Assembly: GCA_964035545.1 (NCBI GenBank)
Contig: OZ037765.1
Span: forward strand, 19,406,995-19,470,994
Length of the DNA: 64,000 nt
Origin: Bugula neritina
Lineage: Eukaryota > Animalia > Bryozoa
Reading direction: 5' to 3'
Part shown: one piece after another, positions 1-46,725 of the stretch
How positions within the stretch are numbered: position 1 is the first letter of the stretch
How the letters are laid out: each line of letters opens with the position of its first letter
The notes under the pieces: generated by a model
Seen by the model: the letters and a program-made list of their open reading frames with translations, nothing else
What the model was told of the DNA's origin: nothing
Database searches by the model: none
Made by a program: the position numbers and the translations under genes

Positions 1-650
1 GGAAGCCCTCTAAATCAATACTTTCTATTACAGCGAGTTCTGACCAAAAGGAAACAGCAAAGCAGACAAAAGTGACAGGCATGCAATAGATTACCAGGGA
101 TGAAACTGTGATGAATATACTCAGTAGATAGGAGAAGTTAGCGCAGAGAAAATGTAAGTAAAACAATGGATGAAGACTTGACTTAGTCACTGAGCTGAAT
201 CAGTAATAGAAAGTTACAGCATAAAAATCTTGATCAATTTTGATGTAGCACCAACACTGTCATTGAGGTTAGGAAGCCTGATATGCAATAGTTTATATAA
301 GCATTATGCAGCTTCGTTTTTAAACAATAATCCAATTGAACAGAGACAAATCAGAAAAAGATAGTGAAGATAGCTCTGATACTAGAATTCACTGTTGGAA
401 AACTTTAACAAAAATTACACTCATAGTAATTAGTAGTCCTGGGGCTTGCACAAAAAATTAAAGATTGGATGGCACTACCTGAAATGTATGCAAAAGGTTA
501 CACAATAATTTAACATACAGTCCTGCTAATACCATGGCCAACATCTGGAAAAATTTCTATTTGTTTTTAACATAATAATACTAGGTTGGTGATAGGAGAC
601 TGCACTAGTTTGAGCTTTAACAAAACCAAAAATAATAATATTAATAATAG
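1..650 (+). mobile_element. Decayed 3' end of an R4/Dong-like (restriction-like endonuclease) non-LTR retrotransposon
   Basis: From ~99 translates DETVMNILSR*EKLAQRKCK (cf. R4-clade knuckle tail ETIDHIVSGCxKLAQxEYKxRHD); ~251-285 gives TNTVIEVRKPDM (cf. VIEARRPDI of the RLE domain); short (AAT)n-like tail at ~631-648. Stops and frameshifts throughout. Confidence 0.5.
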
Positions 651-1269
651 TATAAAAATGTGATAATTATTCACAAGCATTCCCTCAATCAGAGAAGCCA
701 ACTATAAAATTACTAAAACTGGAACACAGCAAGTGCTTTAAATAAGGGAGCACTACAGTTTAAGCTGTTAAATATAAATCTTAATTAAGCTCTTAGATTG
801 TAGCTCTAGTAGAATAAGCACAAATTGAGTTTTACCAGAATTCTATACTTAACTACAGATAACACCTAAGACTATGACTATCAAATAATTTTAAAAAACA
901 TTAATTAATGCTATTGAAGTGTTTAAACATCATCTTACCAAAGAAAGTAAGTGTCTGTTCAAAATACGATTATAAATAATCCACTAACTCTCTTTAATGT
1001 CATATCTGCCAATTGCTATTTCCAAGTACTAAAGCAGTTGCTATTGCAAATGTTGGTTTTGTAATAGCTTGAAGTCAAGCTTTGTTGGTCTGATGATGAA
1101 AATTTACTTTGATGATGTAAATTTGCCAGGATAAGATAGTAACAACTTTGAAAAGATGGTGGTAGCTTCATTATGGTCTAATCATGTGTTGTAGTATCTG
1201 AGCTCATCTTTGTGCTGATAATCAATCATCATGCTTTGTTTGGAATTGCAGCCTGTAACTTCTAAGCTC

Positions 1270-1524
1270 CATTTGCGGCAGGGTACAAACCCGCATGCTT
1301 TATGTTAATGTAGTTTTATGTGACTCCAATAACTCACGCAAGTTTATAGTCACCGGATCTCTGCGAGAAACCCCTGATGAAAAGGGTTTTTGTTAAATCG
1401 GGTTAAAGACTTATTTAGATGAGGCATAGGAGCAATTATGAGTGGATGCTTTTCCTAAATCACCAATGGCCTTTGCCGGGGATCAAACTCACGACTTTAT
1501 GTTTACTAAGCAAACACTTTAAAC
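1270..1524 (-). mobile_element. tRNA-Thr(AGT)-derived SINE, main part (5' tip displaced to 6361-6378 by the hAT insertion; 3' boundary approximate)
   Basis: Removing 1525-6360 gives, on the minus strand, GAGCAGCCGTAGTCTAGGGTTTAAAGTGTTTGCTTAGTAAACATAAAGTCGTGAGTTTGATCCCCGGC. This aligns with eukaryotic tRNA-Thr(AGT): A-box-like TAGTCTAGGG, TAGTAAACA anticodon region, B-box-like GAGTTTGATCC. A non-tRNA body follows. Confidence 0.65.
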
Positions 1525-1821
1525 CAGGGCTGTCCAACAGATGGAGAGGGGGGCGGATTAGGCCCTCAAGCTATATTTATGTAGCCCCCCAAGTTATAGC
1601 AAGTTACAAAATAATTTTCATCCTAAATTTGCTAACTCGTCTGTAACAGCCAACACATAGAATAGTTGAGGGCATCCCACTAAGAATATTATGAATTTCT
1701 ATTAAAATGCAGTTTAAGTTCTTGTACAACACTGTTCTGTGGGTATTGTGCGTGTTGCCTATTTGTCATTGTTTAGCCTGAGATCAAACTACAACCAATA
1801 AACAGCAAGCTAGTCATTATA

Positions 1822-2507
1822 CCCCCTGTTCACACATTGCTGTACCGTACGCCGTAACAGCAAATGTTCGCCATCTTTGGCAACATCCGGGCTGAATCGT
1901 ACCCTGGTATACACGGTGGCGTTGATCAAGCAGTGCTTGATTCAAAAATCACGGCGGGCTCCCATGGGGTAGAGTTGATCTGGTACTAAAATTTAAAGAA
2001 CATTTTCGCTAGTTTATTTTAATCGCTTATTGTTGATTCAATTTAACCAATTCAAAAGTTTTAAAATATTAAAAAAATTTTATCCGGCTTGTTTAAATTA
2101 AACTCAGCTTAAAAATCTAGCTTTCCCTCATCACAAAAGCACGCAAACCAAAAACTTAAAAATTATTTGGACGGCTAAAATATTTATTATTCAAATTAGT
2201 TTACACAATTATTTTAAAGCACAATTATTTTTAAAAAAGAGACTTCTTTAAATTGATTTTTTCTAGTCAATAACATTTTTATCATATCTTTTGAGAAGAA
2301 TGTTGCTACAAATTTGTGAATAATATACAAAGGCGTACAAGTCACCGCAGACAAGAATTAGCTTTATTATGATTGGTCACAGCTCAACGTCATGTGTTGT
2401 ACTTTTTGTCAATGTGTGAACGACTGTTGACAAAACGTAACAGCTGTGCCATTTTGCTTGTGCTGTTATGGCGTACAGTATGGCAATGTGTGAACAGGGG
2501 GGGGGGG
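1822..2507. mobile_element. Non-autonomous TIR element (MITE), ~690 bp, nested in the hAT
   Basis: ~40-bp TIRs: cccctgttcacacattgctgtaccgtacgccgtaacagca vs reverse complement of 2461-2500 (36/40 identical); TA dinucleotide on both flanks (1820-1821, 2508-2509); no coding capacity. Confidence 0.85.
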
Positions 2508-3439
2508 TAGCCTTTTAGCTAGCAAGCTTGTGACTAGTAATGTGCACGTCAATATTATATTCGCATCTCTACGCGTTCACTGAAGTGTAAAGTGATACGC
2601 AATGCTAATTATCTAACAAAAATACACCATTTTCAGTGTATCAATCCACAATTTATATAAAATTTAGAAGAGTTATTGCTTTTTTATTCAGATATCATGT
2701 TTTCCTGCTGAGACATTTTACCGGCACTAAAAACTCAACTTTTCAGGTAAAATTAGCCAAAAATGTGCAGTTCTTTTTTATAACTTTGCAAAAGAATTTC
2801 AAAAAAGTTGCACTGGGGAAAAAGAAGATCCACAACATAGTTTTTAAATTTTGATTCCAGTACAATTAGATAAAATTTTATTTTTACTGGTACTGAATTC
2901 TTACACGATTACAATGCAAACCTCAGCAAAGCAATTGCAGCTAAAAGGTTGCCCTTAACTATACTGTGTAGACAGATATTTCAAAGACCTTTAACTAGGA
3001 CCGGCCATAATATAAAGAAAAGACTTTTTTGAAAGTTAACTAAGATTTCATTTTTAATGACTGTATTGTGAAAGATAAGTAGCTAACCTGATTTTGAAAT
3101 CCAATGTGCCTACCTGAAAGTAGCTAACCCGGTTTTATTTTAACCAATCAAATATATTTTATTATGCGTTTGTTTTATAAGTTGTTGCGTGCCTCAGCAG
3201 CTTTACTAATTAGCAACCTACATTTTAGTTTAACCAAACAAATAAAATATATCTCATGTCTTTGTTTTGTAAGTTATTGTGTAAATGTTGTCATTTTCCA
3301 TTACAATTCAGCCTACAACTGCCTTGTGTAAAATACAATTTTTTCTACAAGTACAAAAATAATAACTTTCAAAGATGGCAATGCGAAGAAAAGTTTATCA
3401 GGGGTGAAGAGTCTTTAAAAATAACTGAAATATTCAGTA

Positions 3440-4215
3440 TTTTATCAAATGCTATTTCTGATGTTGCTCAGCTTGCAATTATGTTGATGACAAGTTTACT
3501 GTTACTGAGGACTTTCTAACAATGTGTAACCTGCATGGAACCACAACCAGAAAGGACATCTACGACAACTTGCTGAAAGCACTGACAGATTATAATTTGT
3601 CTTTAGAAAAGATGTTTGGTTTGTGTACAGATGGAGCTCCTGCCATGACTGGAAAAGCCAACGGACTAATTGGATCATTGCTCAAATTGCCTCTTTGGGA
3701 TAATCTCCCTATGCCTCCTATGTACCACTGTGTCATACATCAAGAAAACTTGGCAGCACAGACTTTAAAGATGAATCATGAATGTGATGCAAGTAGTAGC
3801 TTCTGCAATCAACTTTACAAAATCAAAAGCTTTGAATCATCGAAAGTTCAAAGTTGTGCTGGAAGAGTTGGAATTTTACTTTAAAGATGTCATATGCTAC
3901 TTTGAAATCAAGTGGCTTAGTAGTACCAAAACACTGCACAGATTTTGCAATCTGCTAAATGAAATATATGCATTTATCCGAAGTAAGGGCATGAGCATCC
4001 TGAGTTTACTGCAGACAAGCGCTGGATCTCAGATTTAGCATTTCTGGCTGATATCAGTGAGCGCATGTCAAAAGTGAATTTGCAGTTGCAGGGCAAGCAG
4101 CAGGACATGCATATCTTCACTTTGGAAGCACATCACTGGGTTTAAAATCAAACTCAAGTTGTGGGAGCAACAAGTACGAGAAAAAACTATTTCCACTTCA
4201 AAACACTGCTAGCAT
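3440..4215 (+). pseudogene. hAT (Buster / GTF2IRD2-ZBED5-like) transposase pseudogene fragment
   Basis: Motifs DVAQLAI, LHGTTTRKDIY, CTDGAPAMTG, HCVIHQENL, EIKWLS, WISDLAFLADI, VNLQLQGK spread over several frames; C-terminal part missing after the (TA)n tract. Confidence 0.9.
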
Positions 4216-4220
4216 GAGGT

Positions 4221-4316
<96 letters not shown>
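4221..4316. repeat. (TA)n microsatellite left of the Tc1 element
   Basis: Direct read of sequence. Confidence 0.95.
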
Positions 4317-4319
<3 letters not shown>

Positions 4320-6084
4320 TGCTGTGAAAAAGTTTAAGGACGCTTGCAGAAATTTCTATGTATCTTGTTTAATAGGCATTTTTTGAAAGTTTTTAGTATT
4401 TTCTTGCAAGTTCTATATATCAAAATAATCCTTAGAATGTTCACTACAATTTCCACTTCATAGATTTCTACTGCTGTAATGTTTGCTACCCATTTTCGGG
4501 CTAACTACACAAGCAGCTAGGAAAGCGCAACTCCTGTGTTTTTATGTTTCCAAAGTTTATCGCTTCTGATAGCCACAAAAGGCTAAACAGTGAAATTTTA
4601 TATGTGCATAGCATCATGATATCATAAAGCATGACTTTGTTCCATAATTTAAAATCTGTCATTCAGTTGTAAGCTTTTACATGGTGTCCACTTGGGTGCT
4701 GCGCATAGACGAAATGAGAGCTGTAAATCTTACTTCAAAAGCTAGGTTTGTAATAATTTTCTTGCATAACGAAGGTTATGCAATTAGGAAATTATCTGAA
4801 AAAGTTGGCAAAGCAAAGACAACTGTACATCAAATTATCAAGAAGTTTATGGAGACTGGCAGTGTAGCAGATCAACCTGGAAGTGGACGACCAAGAATAA
4901 GCACACCCAGAGATGACAAGGTTCTCATTAGGATCAGCAAGAAGGATCGTCATAAAACAAGTTCTGAGTTGGCAAAGAACGCTCAGAATCAACAGGAACA
5001 GCAGCTTCGACATCCCAGATAATGCGAAGATTGCTGAGCCGTGGTCTACGTGGCTGCAAAGCAAGAAGGGAGCCTCTACTAACCGAGAAGTAGCAAAAAC
5101 CGGCTACGGTGGGCCAAGGAGCATGGTAGTTAGACAGTGAATGCTTAGAAAAAAGTGATTATTTCAGATGAATCCACATTTAATGTGAACAATAATGCTG
5201 GAAACCGTTTTGTTAGAAGATACCAGTATGAGAAATATAATTCCCTAATGTATTCTTCGAACAATTAAGCACCCTATCGATGTCATGTTCTGGGGTTGTA
5301 TAACATCAAAAGGTGTAGGTCGACTCATTAATTGCTCTGGAATGATGTTAATGCTCAAAAATATATGGAGAATCTCAATTCTAAACTTCTTCCAATCATA
5401 AAAAACTTCTTTTTAATTGAAATTAACATATTTGAAGATGACAATGCACCATGCCACTGGGCAAAATCTGTTAAAGAGTGGATGAAAAAGCAGAGGGTCT
5501 CAACGCTTAACTGGCCAGCACGCAGCCGGGAGTTGAACCCAATAAGAAATTAATGGTCAAGAATGGCTAAAATAGTCTCTTCACAGAAACCAACAACTAA
5601 GGTGACACTCATAGAGCCTGTAATTCATGCATGGCATCATGTGGTGACTGAAAACCAGTTGGAGAAGCTGTACGAGTCGATGCCTCGTCGCTGCCGACTT
5701 GTGATTGAGAGTAAAGGCTGGCCAACAAAACATTGATATTAAAATTTAAAGCACTGTGTGTTGCAATGCTGCTATAATGTGTATAACAATTCACATGTAA
5801 TATTTTTCTATGTTACAAGTAAAATATTCTGATATCCTGCAGTACACACAAATTGTGAAAAGATCGAAAAATTCCCAAATATGCATAGTATCTCATTGTT
5901 TCACCCAAATTTTGGAAGGAAGTGAAAAGAAAGACTAATATTTTATATAAATAACATAAGGAGACCTTAAGGATCATTTTGATAGGCATCATGCTTATGG
6001 ATATGCTTTTGTTATATCTTAAAATTAGCTTGGAACTTTGCTATTATGGAAAACAGTGAGGCGTCCTTAAACTTTTTCACAGCA

Positions 6085-6087
<3 letters not shown>
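4317..6087 (+). mobile_element. Tc1/mariner (DD34E class) transposon, full length 1771 bp, defective
   Basis: Perfect 27-bp TIRs cagtgctgtgaaaaagtttaaggacgc (4317-4343; 6061-6087), TA on both sides, internal transposase. Confidence 0.95.
4714..5736 (+). pseudogene. Tc1 transposase pseudogene
   Basis: HTH region with GSGRPRISTPRDD, then ISDESTF, VMFWGCIT, EDDNAPCH...WPARSRELNPIRN*W, ending GWPTKH*. 34 residues follow the second D and the catalytic E position reads R; frameshifts and in-frame stops. Confidence 0.92.

Positions 6088-6161
<74 letters not shown>
6088..6161. repeat. (TA)n microsatellite right of the Tc1 element
   Basis: Direct read of sequence. Confidence 0.95.
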
Positions 6162-6167
<6 letters not shown>

Positions 6168-8528
6168 TTTACATTGTGTTATGATTTTAATAAACATGCA
6201 AAGTCTAGTCATTGCTAACTACAATACATATAGCCTGCAGCTGCTTAATGAGTCTTGAAAATTGATTTTAAAAACAGAAAAAATGTTGTGGCCCCTATCT
6301 CAAGCTAAAACTTGCAGAGTGGCCCTCAGTCTAAAAGGTTTGGTAACCTCTGCTCTAAACCCTAGACTACGGCTGCTCCAATACTGCATGTATACAAAAT
6401 GAAGTTTTCAGTAGTCTTCTAAATTAAGGGTTTCACTCATTCGATGACTGTTCTATAAGCACTCTAAACTATAAAGTGTTGAGCTATTACAGATTATTAT
6501 ATAGACAAACCATAACAAATCTGTCTCATTTTGTTACATTATTATGAAATAAGAAGGCATAGCTAAATATGTATGTTAAGTTTTGTGTGAAGAATATGCT
6601 GCTACATATTAGCATAATTGATATGTGAGCTGACTTATTTCCATCATGTCATATTTATTGTACCAGCCAGATAGTTTTCTTAATAATAAAATGATTCACT
6701 GTTTTGGCAAAGCAAGCAAGTTCACCAGAGGAGAAGCAGCCAAATAACACTATACTGAATTATCTCATTTGCCAATCATAAAGCAGGAGTGTAAACTAAC
6801 TAAACTCTTTTCTAATTATAAGAAAATTAATTTCAATGAAAATTATGTTAAGCCTATTAGAGAAAAACGGTGAAATCATCATACTCAGCATTCTAATAAA
6901 AGTTATTTTTCTGGAATATATGCAAAATGCCTACGATTAGCTGGTCAAGTTTTCTACTTTTCACACAACTTCTTTAAGCTGCTTAAAGGAAATTAAATGT
7001 TAAAATACTGACTATAAAGCCTCAAAATCCAGGTGTCAAACTCAATGGATCACAATTCTATACATTGTAATTATAATATGATAAGTATTATAGAAGTATA
7101 GATATTAATTTTTCGTAATTCTCACCTGCCTTTCTCTTTTTGCAGTTTGTTTTCTACTCTTGACAACAATAATATATTCAACTAATCACTGGTAAAGATG
7201 GTAAATCAGCTCTAACCATGCCTCCATCATGTATGATGCATTAGCATTATTGTTGTGTTAGAAGTTAAGAAATTGAGAAGCTTTATAGATATTTACATCA
7301 GCATGCTAATACATGATAGTAAGCTTGTTAAGCTTTAAATTAAATTAACCTTACCTGCAGTCATTATAATTAGTTATTGTTAAATTGATTACCTAATATA
7401 TTTGTGCAAAACAAGTTTCCAGCTACATGCATACATAAAATCTGTTAATTTAGTTACTTTGGATTTGATTAAATATAACCATTTAGCATTTTTAGAGTTA
7501 CACTTCATGGTTCCATATTTAAAAAGAGAAGACAACTGTCAATTATTTTTGCATACTTATTTGTAATATACTGTAACTGAGTATCTCTTGACTTATTATG
7601 TAAAAGCTTCTTGCTATTATTAAAACAATGTTGTAGCTAGTAGCATCAGTTTAAATGTTTGAAAATGTACCGCCAATTAACACACTTTTTAAATTCTAAG
7701 CAGTAATATATCATTAGTAGACTATTTTGTACCTTCGGCTTTAGAGTTGTATACTTTCATTAGCATGAAAAGACACTGCTACATGCATGTGTAAAGTAGG
7801 ATTCAACCTATTATAGCTATAATTATTTTAGTATAAAGTTTTGATAAAAATTATGCGCAGCTGTGAATAATGAACAAAATTTTGTTTTTAATACACAACA
7901 CAAAAAACATGTTTCGTTGATGAAAGATTCCTTAGTTGTGTTTGTATGTGTCCTAATATATAGTGCCTTTATATAATTTTATTTAAGTTTTTATTAAAAC
8001 GCCTTACACTAGCTTAAGCGCAAGTATAGCGTTTAATGTTTCATATGTGTGAACAGTATTTCAGATATTTTTTCATTCTGTCTACTAATAATTACTTATT
8101 ACTTGCATTATTGATTTTTAATTATGAAATTAATAATTTATATGAATTGTCTTGGTAACTTAGTAAACAGCTGGTTGGTATGAAGAGTCAACTCCTTTCT
8201 TTTATTTCTGCTTACACACTTACTTGTGACATTTAAGACTTTGTTCAAAAGTAAAGAGACAAAATATATTATATCCTAAGGAAAATTCAAATTTATTGTA
8301 GAAGACAATCAATGATCCAATTAATAGCGAGTATTTTCAATCTTTATAATCTTGTAATTATCTACAACTCATCTATTGATGCTACTATAAAGCATATTTA
8401 ATTAACAATGCTATTTTGCCTTTTTGAGCAATAGATAAAAAGTGTAAGTGTTTCAAAACTGTTAGGTATAGATTGAACTAATATTTAACCTATACCTAGG
8501 GTGAGTGAATTTATATTAACAGCAATAT

Positions 8529-8545
8529 TGTGCGTGTGCGTGTGT

Positions 8546-8580
<35 letters not shown>
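8529..8580. repeat. (TG)n/(TGCG) microsatellite
   Basis: Direct read of sequence. Confidence 0.9.
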
Positions 8581-9610
8581 ACCAGATAGCTGTGACAACT
8601 CTGCTCAATAAATTGAGCTCTGCGTGGTTTTGGTACAAAGCAGTTGTAAAAACCATTGCAACATAGTAAATTCAAATATTTATTAAATGTGTAAGTGTCC
8701 CTCCCTTCCCTCTTTTCCCCATCCACTATAATGCATTCATTTTTGCCGATACCATCAGTATTAGTGTTGTATTAAGGAGAAAAATGCATGTATATATGTT
8801 TTGTTTTTTAAATGTCTATTTAGACAAAATACATATTGGCATATGTAATAGCACGTACCAAATTATAGATTTTTATACATAAGTAATAGGCAAACACTTA
8901 CGATAATTTAGGTAAATATTTATTCACTGTTTACAATATTCTAGAATTTATCCCTTATTGGCTCACAAATATGAGGACCATGTAGTGTTAAACTGCTATC
9001 TTAATTATGTCAGAATAAAGAGTTGAAAACTACACTATAAATATTCATCCATAATTATCATGTATTTGTAGATATTTATAATAAACTAGCGACATTCTTG
9101 TCATATGACCACCAGAAGTTAGTGTTAGCATGGGTACCAATAGAGTGCATTATTAATTCCCTTAATCATTACAGGTTGGCTGCACGTGTTGAAAGGCTGA
9201 CTCTAAAAGCCTTTTGTTTACTATTGGTAATGGTAATGAACCATATTCTGGTATTGACAGCGTTACGTCAAAACCTGAATATGTAAGCTTCATCCGATAC
9301 TCCTCATACCAGATCACCGTGTTTGCTGTTTACAATTATTGATAAACCTAAATTTAGCAGTTAGCAAGCACTGTTATTGTTCCAAAAGATGAACCTATCA
9401 TTTATATTTTATTATTTTTATGCAGAGTGTAGAAAGACTATTGATTAGCATATTGAATGTCAAGTTGTATTATCCCAGTTACTAGTAGATTGTAGTTTGT
9501 CTAAAGAGTGAGACGGCTTTTCCTGATAGCAGTTTTACTACTACCCGCTGCTGCGTTCTTGTACAAAATTTTGTCACCTGATCTGTTTCAGGATATGCTA
9601 CTCTCTAAAA

Positions 9611-43897
<34,287 letters not shown>

Positions 43898-44730
43898 GCA
43901 ACAGCTGGTCCAAATTACGGAATTACCTCCCGGGGAAAATTTCACAAAGTATCTATATCTCAGAAAGCAAAAATAATATAGGCATCCCAATATTGCTTAG
44001 ATTTGTCATCAGTAGAGACTATTGCTTATATATTTAATTTACCTATAGGTCATGTACATTTATGTAATATTATGTTCATAGCTCAAAGCTTTTTAATAAA
44101 ATTAAGTTTACGCTGTTTATGCATTTATTTTGAATAGATTTTGTCATATTTAGAGATTCATGTATATATAAAAATGCCTGCATTTGATATTTTCACATGT
44201 AAAATAAGTTGGGCACTTGATAGGATTACATGTTACAGTCTCAATGAGTGTTTTTGGAAGAGCTTGGAGAAGTAAAATTGGAATCCATATAATGCAATTT
44301 TTCATTTCATCGAATTAGCTGTCTTTTTAGCAAAATATCTTTATCTGTGCAATGAAAGAGCAATAACCTACTTTTCAACCCTAAAATGTTAATTTAAGAA
44401 AATGTATTATTTATTACTTCCATGTGAAATAATATTCTTACAACATTCTATTTTAGCCATCATTCTTGTATAGAATAGTTCATAGCATAGACTCACCAAA
44501 ACACTTTTTTGTAGTAAAAATCATCAGCTTTAAAAATAGTAACCAAGATAAATGTACGACTGACTACTAAGAAAGAATACAACAACTCAATATAAAACTT
44601 ATAAAGTAGTTGAAATTTAAAATTTGGTATTCCAAAAACATCAAGTGAAAAGTATTAAGCTATTTTTATATAGAAGTTACAAAGGGTGCAGGAAGGAGAG
44701 CCATTGCTTACAAGACTTGGTCCCAAGAGT

Positions 44731-46725
44731 CTACTGTTTTCGTGGTTGGTTAATCACCTGTTTGATTGGTGTGTGGGCAGGTCTTTTGTCATTGGTAGGC
44801 ATTGGCTTATCATGGAAACTCTTGATAGCAGCTGCAGGAAAGTCTTTGTGACCCTACAGGTAATAAACCAGTGATACAGTCCCTTGTGAGGAGTTTACAA
44901 ATTTTTTAATTACAGATATCAAGGCTTACACAAAATTATTTATATATTTTCAAGAGAAAACCATTATAAACTGTATAATATATTAGTCGGTTGAATAACT
45001 AAAAATGCTGAGAGGCCAATAAAGGTGATAGGACGCTAAAACTGATGCTGAAATGTAATAACTAGATATATTCGCAAACCTGAGTCTCAAAGCCTGCTAC
45101 CACTACAGGAGAAGGCTTTTCCTTAGTGGCTACTTGCTGCTCCTCAGTACTTTCTTCAGCAGAGGCCCCATCATCCTTTGCCACCACTTCATCTCTTGGG
45201 GGTTTGTTTTGGGTAACTCGCATACCTCCAGCTTTTACTACAATACACCAACAGATGACAATCAGCTTTTTGTTCCCACACAACAGGGTCATATAAAAGT
45301 TTTACCGGTAGTATGTTGGTAACTCTACAAGATACATTAATAAAATTTACAGCTATTACAATGAGGGTGTATCCGATGAACTACCAACCTAGCCTTAAAT
45401 AAGTAACTGGATATTGAGTTAACATAGCATCTATGGCTGTTTTTATACAAACCTTCTTTATTGCCAGCTATTTTTACCAAACTTTTGTGACCATTATAAA
45501 TTAAAAATATGCGAATATAGTCTGTCTATACTCTATAGAGACTGCTATACAATGTATAGTAATCAAGAGAGATCGCAATATGATGACTAATAATTTTAAT
45601 CCATAATTAATATTTTGCTTTCATTAAAAATAACTAAAGCAAAGAGCAGCATTTCATTCAATTGAATTTATTACCAAGTTCCCATTTCAGATTTGAGTGA
45701 AACAGCTCTATCATAGCCTTAAGAGAAAAAAATTAAGCTAGGCTGATCAATAATGATTTAGAATGGTTATCTACACATAAAACATTAAATTGATAATTAT
45801 TTCCAGAAAAAGGCCCCAGAGAGCCCTCGTGTGGCCAGGCTGGCTTCTTTTAAGCATAATTTTCAAGGTGGTACGTACTGCCACACTCATAGCAGCCAGC
45901 AACAAGAGCACTTGTTGAACTTGAATGCCACCTTTTGACATCTTTCTGAGAGACCAAATGGTATCGTACCCACGATATAATAAGTAGACCAAAAGGTCAC
46001 AGTGTACCTGTAGGCTGTATGTACTTATGTGCTCAATTGCCTACTCGTAAACCAAATCTGGTAGTCCCTCATAGAACATAACGAAAATAATACTAAAACT
46101 AAGAGCAAAACTAAGTTTCAGTTTGTGCAAGTTTGTACCTAGCCTCATGCTGATACTTAGCTTAGCTGTTCTAACAGTAACTGGTCTAACTCTAACACTA
46201 AGATTAAGTACGCAAAGATACCCTCAGGCATCAACCTTAAAGTTAAAAACTAAATGAAAATTTGTAATAACAGTAATACCAATACTGGCAATAGTAATAC
46301 TAAGTCTAATACTCAATACTCATGACTCATGAGTAATACTAATACTAAGACTCTTAGTATTAGTATTACTCATGACTTATGTTAATATAAAACATAAAAT
46401 ATAATTAATATTATGATACACTCTTAGTTATTAACTTAGTAACTAAGAGTGTATTATAATTATATTTTATTTTTTATGTTAACTTTCGCCAAACCCAATA
46501 CTTTAGTCCAAATAACTTTTAGTTTTACTATAACTCTAACTCTTACAGTTGCAGCTTGAGTTTCACTTTCACACTCACAGTTTGAGTTTTTCTTCAAGTT
46601 CAAAATGATAATCATAATGATAATGATGTTTTTTAATAATATTTAAATGTTATAGAAATAGTGTTATAATATTTGCCTGCAGGAGCGTGTCCTCCCTTTA
46701 GCTCAGTTGAATCTACATCTGACAT
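44731..46725 (-). CDS. DAP: Death-associated protein 1 (DAP1), 109 aa, 3 exons
   Basis: Exons 46725-46677, 45237-45080, 44853-44731 give MSDVDSTELKGGHAPAVKAGGMRVTQ...VVVAGFETQGHKDFPAAAIKSFHDKP...QVINQPRKQ*; hallmark DAP motifs GHxPAVKAGGMR, GxKDFP, IxQPRK. Confidence 0.95.
46327..46375. repeat. Perfect palindrome (24-bp arms, 1-nt spacer) in DAP intron 1
   Basis: tcatgagtaatactaatactaaga-c-tcttagtattagtattactcatga; a second imperfect hairpin spans 46381-46483. Confidence 0.9.

Larger units (their letters stand above)
1525..6352 (+). mobile_element. hAT DNA transposon, Buster/Charlie/SPIN-like, defective, with nested insertions
   Basis: Imperfect TIRs CAGGGCTGTCCAAC (1525) and reverse complement CAGAGGTTACCAAA (ends 6352); 8-bp TSD ctttaaac (1517-1524) / ctctaaac (6353-6360), 7/8 identical with the central TA typical of Buster elements; transposase remnants inside. 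Confidence 0.85.

Noticed and set aside
1461-1524. Functional tRNA-Thr gene
   Set aside because: Stems mispaired, B box mutated, interrupted by the hAT; better explained as a SINE head.
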